A stretch of 41,710 nt of DNA from Octopus bimaculoides. Its lineage: Eukaryota. The position numbers and the translations under genes are program-made. The stretch lies in NCBI RefSeq assembly GCF_001194135.2, contig NC_069005.1:23225829-23267538 (forward strand), written 5' to 3'. The notes beneath the pieces were generated by a model. The model was not told where the DNA came from, did not search any database, and saw nothing but the letters and a program-made list of their open reading frames with translations. Below, piece after piece: positions 37,493-41,710 of the stretch (position 1 is the first letter of the stretch; each line of letters opens with the position of its first letter).

Positions 37493-37863
37493 TCATGCCA
37501 GAATGGAGAGCAGATGTATGATGATGATGATGTATGTGTATATATATATATATGTATACACACACATGTATGTATATATATATATGTGCTTGCAGTGCAT
37601 GTGTATACATGGGTCACCTTGTCTTCGCACTGTGAGAATTGTAAATGAGTGTCAACATCAAACAACGGTGTCATTTAATCTTCCATGAAAAGATGCCCGT
37701 CCATGGAAAATATTACCTAACTTGGAAAGAGGTGAGGACTGGCGACAGGAAGACCAACCAACCATAAAACATCTGTCCCGAAAAATTCCATTGGTGCTAT
37801 GCGAGAATGGAAAAGTGGATGTTATACATATATGTGTAACATACACACATTTAATTCTATTTG

Positions 37864-38075
37864 TAGGCATAGGGGTGGCTGTGTGGTAAGTAGCTTGCTT
37901 ACCAACCACATGGTTCCTGGTTCAGTCCCACTGCGTAGCACCTTGGGCAAGTGTCTTCCACAATAGCCTCGGGCCGACGAAAGCCTTGTGAGTGGATTTG
38001 GTAGACGGAAACTGAAAGAAGCCCGTCGTATATAAGTATTTATAGGTATGTATGTGTGTATATATAAATATATAA

Positions 38076-38107
<32 letters not shown>

Positions 38108-38312
38108 GTTTGTCTGTCTGTATTTGTCCCCCCAGCATCGCTTGACAACCAATGCTGGTGTGTTTATGTCCCTGTAACTTAGCGGTTCGGCAAAGGAGAC
38201 CGATTGAATAAGTACTAGGCTTCCAAAGAATAAGTCCTGGGGGTTGATTTGCTCAACTAAAGGCAGTGCTCCAGCATGGCCACAGTCAAATGACTGAAAT
38301 GAGTAAAAGAGT
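37864..38312 (+). mobile_element. SINE family C, full length
   Basis: Head GGGGTGGCTGTGTGGTAAG...GGTTCAGTCCC, core ACCTTGGGCAAGTGTC, internal (TA)/(TG) tract, tail CCAGCATGGCCACAGTCAAATGACTGAAA. Confidence 0.9.
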
Positions 38313-38340
38313 ACATATATATATATATACNNNNNNNNNN

Positions 38341-38394
<54 letters not shown>

Positions 38395-39411
38395 GGAGGG
38401 GAAGAAAGAGAGAGAAAGAGAGTAGCAGTCAACACATTTGGTTGAAGTTACATATACATATCTAAAATATATTTTAATCTACAAAACTAGCTCTATTTTG
38501 TTACCAAATACATGCATATAAATCTATAAACTCAGTTATATTTTCTCACCAAATACATTTTATATAATTCAAGAAGCTATTCTTCACTCAAGTAACATAT
38601 CTAAATGAATTAACTGCTAGCAGCAACAGTTGGTTCGTTCATAATTTCCTGTTGCAAAACTTCAAACCAAAGTGGGACATTTTATAATGTAACACATTTG
38701 TAAAATAACCTATCTTGTTAACACTAAGTGACAGAAGAATTCTGAAGATCACAGTTTATAGATGCTAATTTGAGAAGATGGAACGGCAACTGCTCTGTAG
38801 AGAAATAACTGGTGACTCGGTTGTCAACAAGCAATAAATATGTGATCCGAGTGCCATCGATTAAGGATGTTGCTCTCCTCTGTTTCAATTTAGTGTTATT
38901 AATGTAGGAGACCATTAACGACTAAAATCTAACATTTCCTACTGAAATTTTATTGCTGTTTAACCACAGGTCAGCCCTGGTGGAGCAAAGCTATTACCAC
39001 CTCTGATCCATCTGTGGGGATTACGTCTTATTTATGCAACTTTTCACAATTTAGAGTGCCCTTCCCTTTCAAAAATAGTAGGATGTAATTTCAGAAAGAT
39101 TCAGTTGCTATTTCCAGCAGGCTCTGCCGCATAAAGACATTCTTTGTTGGTTTGTAATAAAACTGTCTGTTGTATATCTATAGCAACAACCAGGGTAAAA
39201 ATCTGATTGCCCCTCCTCCCCAAGAATAACAGACACACAATCAACCAGACCTCTTTAGATGATTGCCAACAAAGCAACAGCTTTGAACAACTGTTTGTAC
39301 AATGTAAAAACTAGTTATGACATGCTTTAATCTGCAGATGGAGGTCTTTGCTGTACTAGCCGGGCAAGAGGTAGGGCACTGATGAATTTTTTTACTGTGA
39401 TATTAATTGGA

Positions 39412-39800
39412 GTGGAGGCGCAATGACCCAGTGGTTAGGGCAGCGGACTCGCGGTCATGGGATCGCGGTTTCGATTCCCAGACCAGGCGTTGTGAGTATT
39501 TATTGAGCAGAAACACATAAAGCTCCACGAGGCTCTGGCAGGGGATGGTGGCGAACCCTGCTGTACTCTTTCACCACAACTTTCTCTCACTCTTACTTCC
39601 TGTTTCTGTTGTGCCTGTAATTCAAAGGGGTCAGCCTTGTCACACTGTGTCATGCTGAATATCTCCAAGAACTATGTTAAGGGTACATGTGTCTGTGGAG
39701 TGCTCAGCCACTTGCACGTTAATTTCACGAGCAGGCTGTTCCGTTGATCGGATCAACTGGAACCCTCGACGTCGTAAGCGACGGAGTGCCAACAACAACA
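39412..39800 (+). mobile_element. Full-length tRNA-derived SINE (family F) with a 10-bp target-site duplication and (CAA)n tail
   Basis: ATTAATTGGA at 39402-39411 and 39801-39810; A-box-like TGACCCAGTGG, B-box-like GGTTTCGATTCCC; CpG-rich. Confidence 0.9.
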
Positions 39801-40705
39801 ATTAATTGGACAAGATATATAGTACAGAGTTTACAGCACAAACTGTAAATAAACAAATAATGGTCATGATTTTATCTATTACTAGATTTACATCAGACAA
39901 ATTGTGTTCAGCTCTTTACTGTTCAGATAATGCCATCAAATGTAATGCTTATTTTAAATCACATTATTTTCAACTAATCATTTATCATTTTGTAACCTTG
40001 AGATTTTGATGATATGATTGTATATTTTTTGAATGGATATTGTAGGGCAGGTGTGTGTGAAAGGCTTGATCTGGCTATTTTGAACATAACATAACACAGG
40101 TAGAATATTTTGGTCGGATATGGCCAGTTTAAATGTGAAGGAGTTAAACTGCACTTCAGACATAAAGTAATTCAGAATGAAATACTAAAAGACCAGGAAG
40201 AAAGATCTGATGCTGTGTAACAATGTGATGACAACTGATAAAAAAAATTCTTGGATGTTGTATAGTCTACATTTCTTCTACTGCAGAACTATAATGGTTA
40301 TTACTCCAGACAACATCAACTAGACTATTGCTTTTATTTTTGCATTGAAAGTCACTCTTAACAGGGTCACAAGAAAGCAACAATAAAACAGGCCTCAAGC
40401 AACTACTCAGTATGTTAGGAATTACAAAAGAAAAGGAAAGAAAAACATCTGACAAGAACCTACTCTAAGAATCATAAAACAGAAAGTGCAAGATTTGAAA
40501 GAATTCAGATTTTATATATTTATCTAGGAAACGAGAAAGGAAAGAGCTCCATATGATAGATAGACATTGAGGAAAGAAACTACTTGAGTAGAACTACTTT
40601 TTAAAGGATAGAACAGCATCAGTGAAAGAATGAGAATTAGCAGAAAGAAACTTTGGCAGATTGACTGTAAATGTATTGATAGAATAAACAAGTAATGTCC
40701 TGGTG

Positions 40706-40747
<42 letters not shown>

Positions 40748-41114
40748 GACAGACAGACAGAAATGAAAGGCATTCAAGCTGTAAAAGATCCACTGTGCTG
40801 TATATCTAAGACTACAATGTCCAGTTTTTTCTTCCTTACTGAAGGCAAGAAAACCTGATTTTAGAGAAATTTAGCTGCCATTTCCAGCAGCTCAAGCTAC
40901 CACACAGGACGTCATATATCACTTGATATTCAGTACGGGTTTTGCCGTAATTGTTATACAGCCTCCTCATTTACCTGAAGCAAACTCATGACTAATCACA
41001 ATTATTTGATTTGCACCCAGACAGTTCACCAGCTCCTTTTTTGCAGTGCAAACATGAAAGGTGAAAGGGGCCACAATTATGTTCTTCTTTTGACCCCTTC
41101 CTGAAGATGATTAA

Positions 41115-41145
<31 letters not shown>

Positions 41146-41669
41146 AGAAGAAGGAGAGGCGAGAGAAAGAAATTAGCTTTGTGTAGTATATTTATAAATT
41201 TCAAAGGGTTGAAACAAATACCACAAGGCATTCTATCTGGTGCTCTTACAACTTTGTTATGTGTGTCACTGAGCTGACCAAAATAGCAAGCAGCTATTAT
41301 AACTCAGTAATATCTGCAGGTTATGAAACAAAACTGCATTGTTTTTAACAACATGAAAAAACTGAAGAATTTCTTCAAATAAATAAATGAATAAATACTG
41401 ACTCATGAAAATTGCCATGGAAAACATTGAGAATTATCTATGACAATAGTTTTAGGTAAATTGTGAGTGTGTGCACGCACAGGTTCACAGGTGCATGAGT
41501 ACATGTATGAGTGAGTGAGTGAATGGGCGTGTGACTGGGTTTTATGCTCATGTGTGTGTGGTTATGAGAGTGTGTGTGTGTATGCGTATTATGATATGAC
41601 ACTTCACTCCAACTTAATTCTACAACATGTTACACACACTTTACAACACAAACTGCCCCACCCCTCTCC

Positions 41670-41710
<41 letters not shown>

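Noticed and set aside
40975-41100. Exon-like 126-nt segment on minus (CT-rich tract, ttcag ... CAG|gtaaat), open as RGQKKNIIVAPFTF...
   Set aside because: Open only as a phase 1-1 exon. The intron before exon A is phase 0, where it stops at codon 8, and it has no kinase similarity. Only junction reads could rescue it as a poison or non-coding exon.

Overview
AT-rich, microsatellite- and SINE-dense animal genomic DNA with many N gaps. The repeat content suggests a coleoid cephalopod, probably Octopus (inference, not verified). The only host gene I can support is a homeodomain-interacting protein kinase (HIPK) on the minus strand. Six internal exons between 16447 and 26951 have canonical AG/GT boundaries and splice into one open frame of 963 nt (321 codons), from the end of the kinase domain ([26 protein letters not shown]) into the Q/P/S-rich post-kinase region. 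I found no further HIPK exon in readable sequence, so the flanking introns are probably >14.7 kb and >16.4 kb unless exons lie in N gaps. The rest is intron: several tRNA-derived SINE families, mariner-derived and TTAA-flanked MITEs, decayed RTE-like LINE fragments (two with a PHD-type Cys/His motif), microsatellites and two fold-back hairpins. Nearly all ORFs in the supplied track are artefacts of microsatellites, gaps or repeats. I found no demonstrably new biological system. The best hypothesis is a frame-preserving HIPK circular RNA promoted by a close inverted SINE pair. Exon coordinates were counted base by base; repeat coordinates are approximate; protein comparisons are from memory, not searches.
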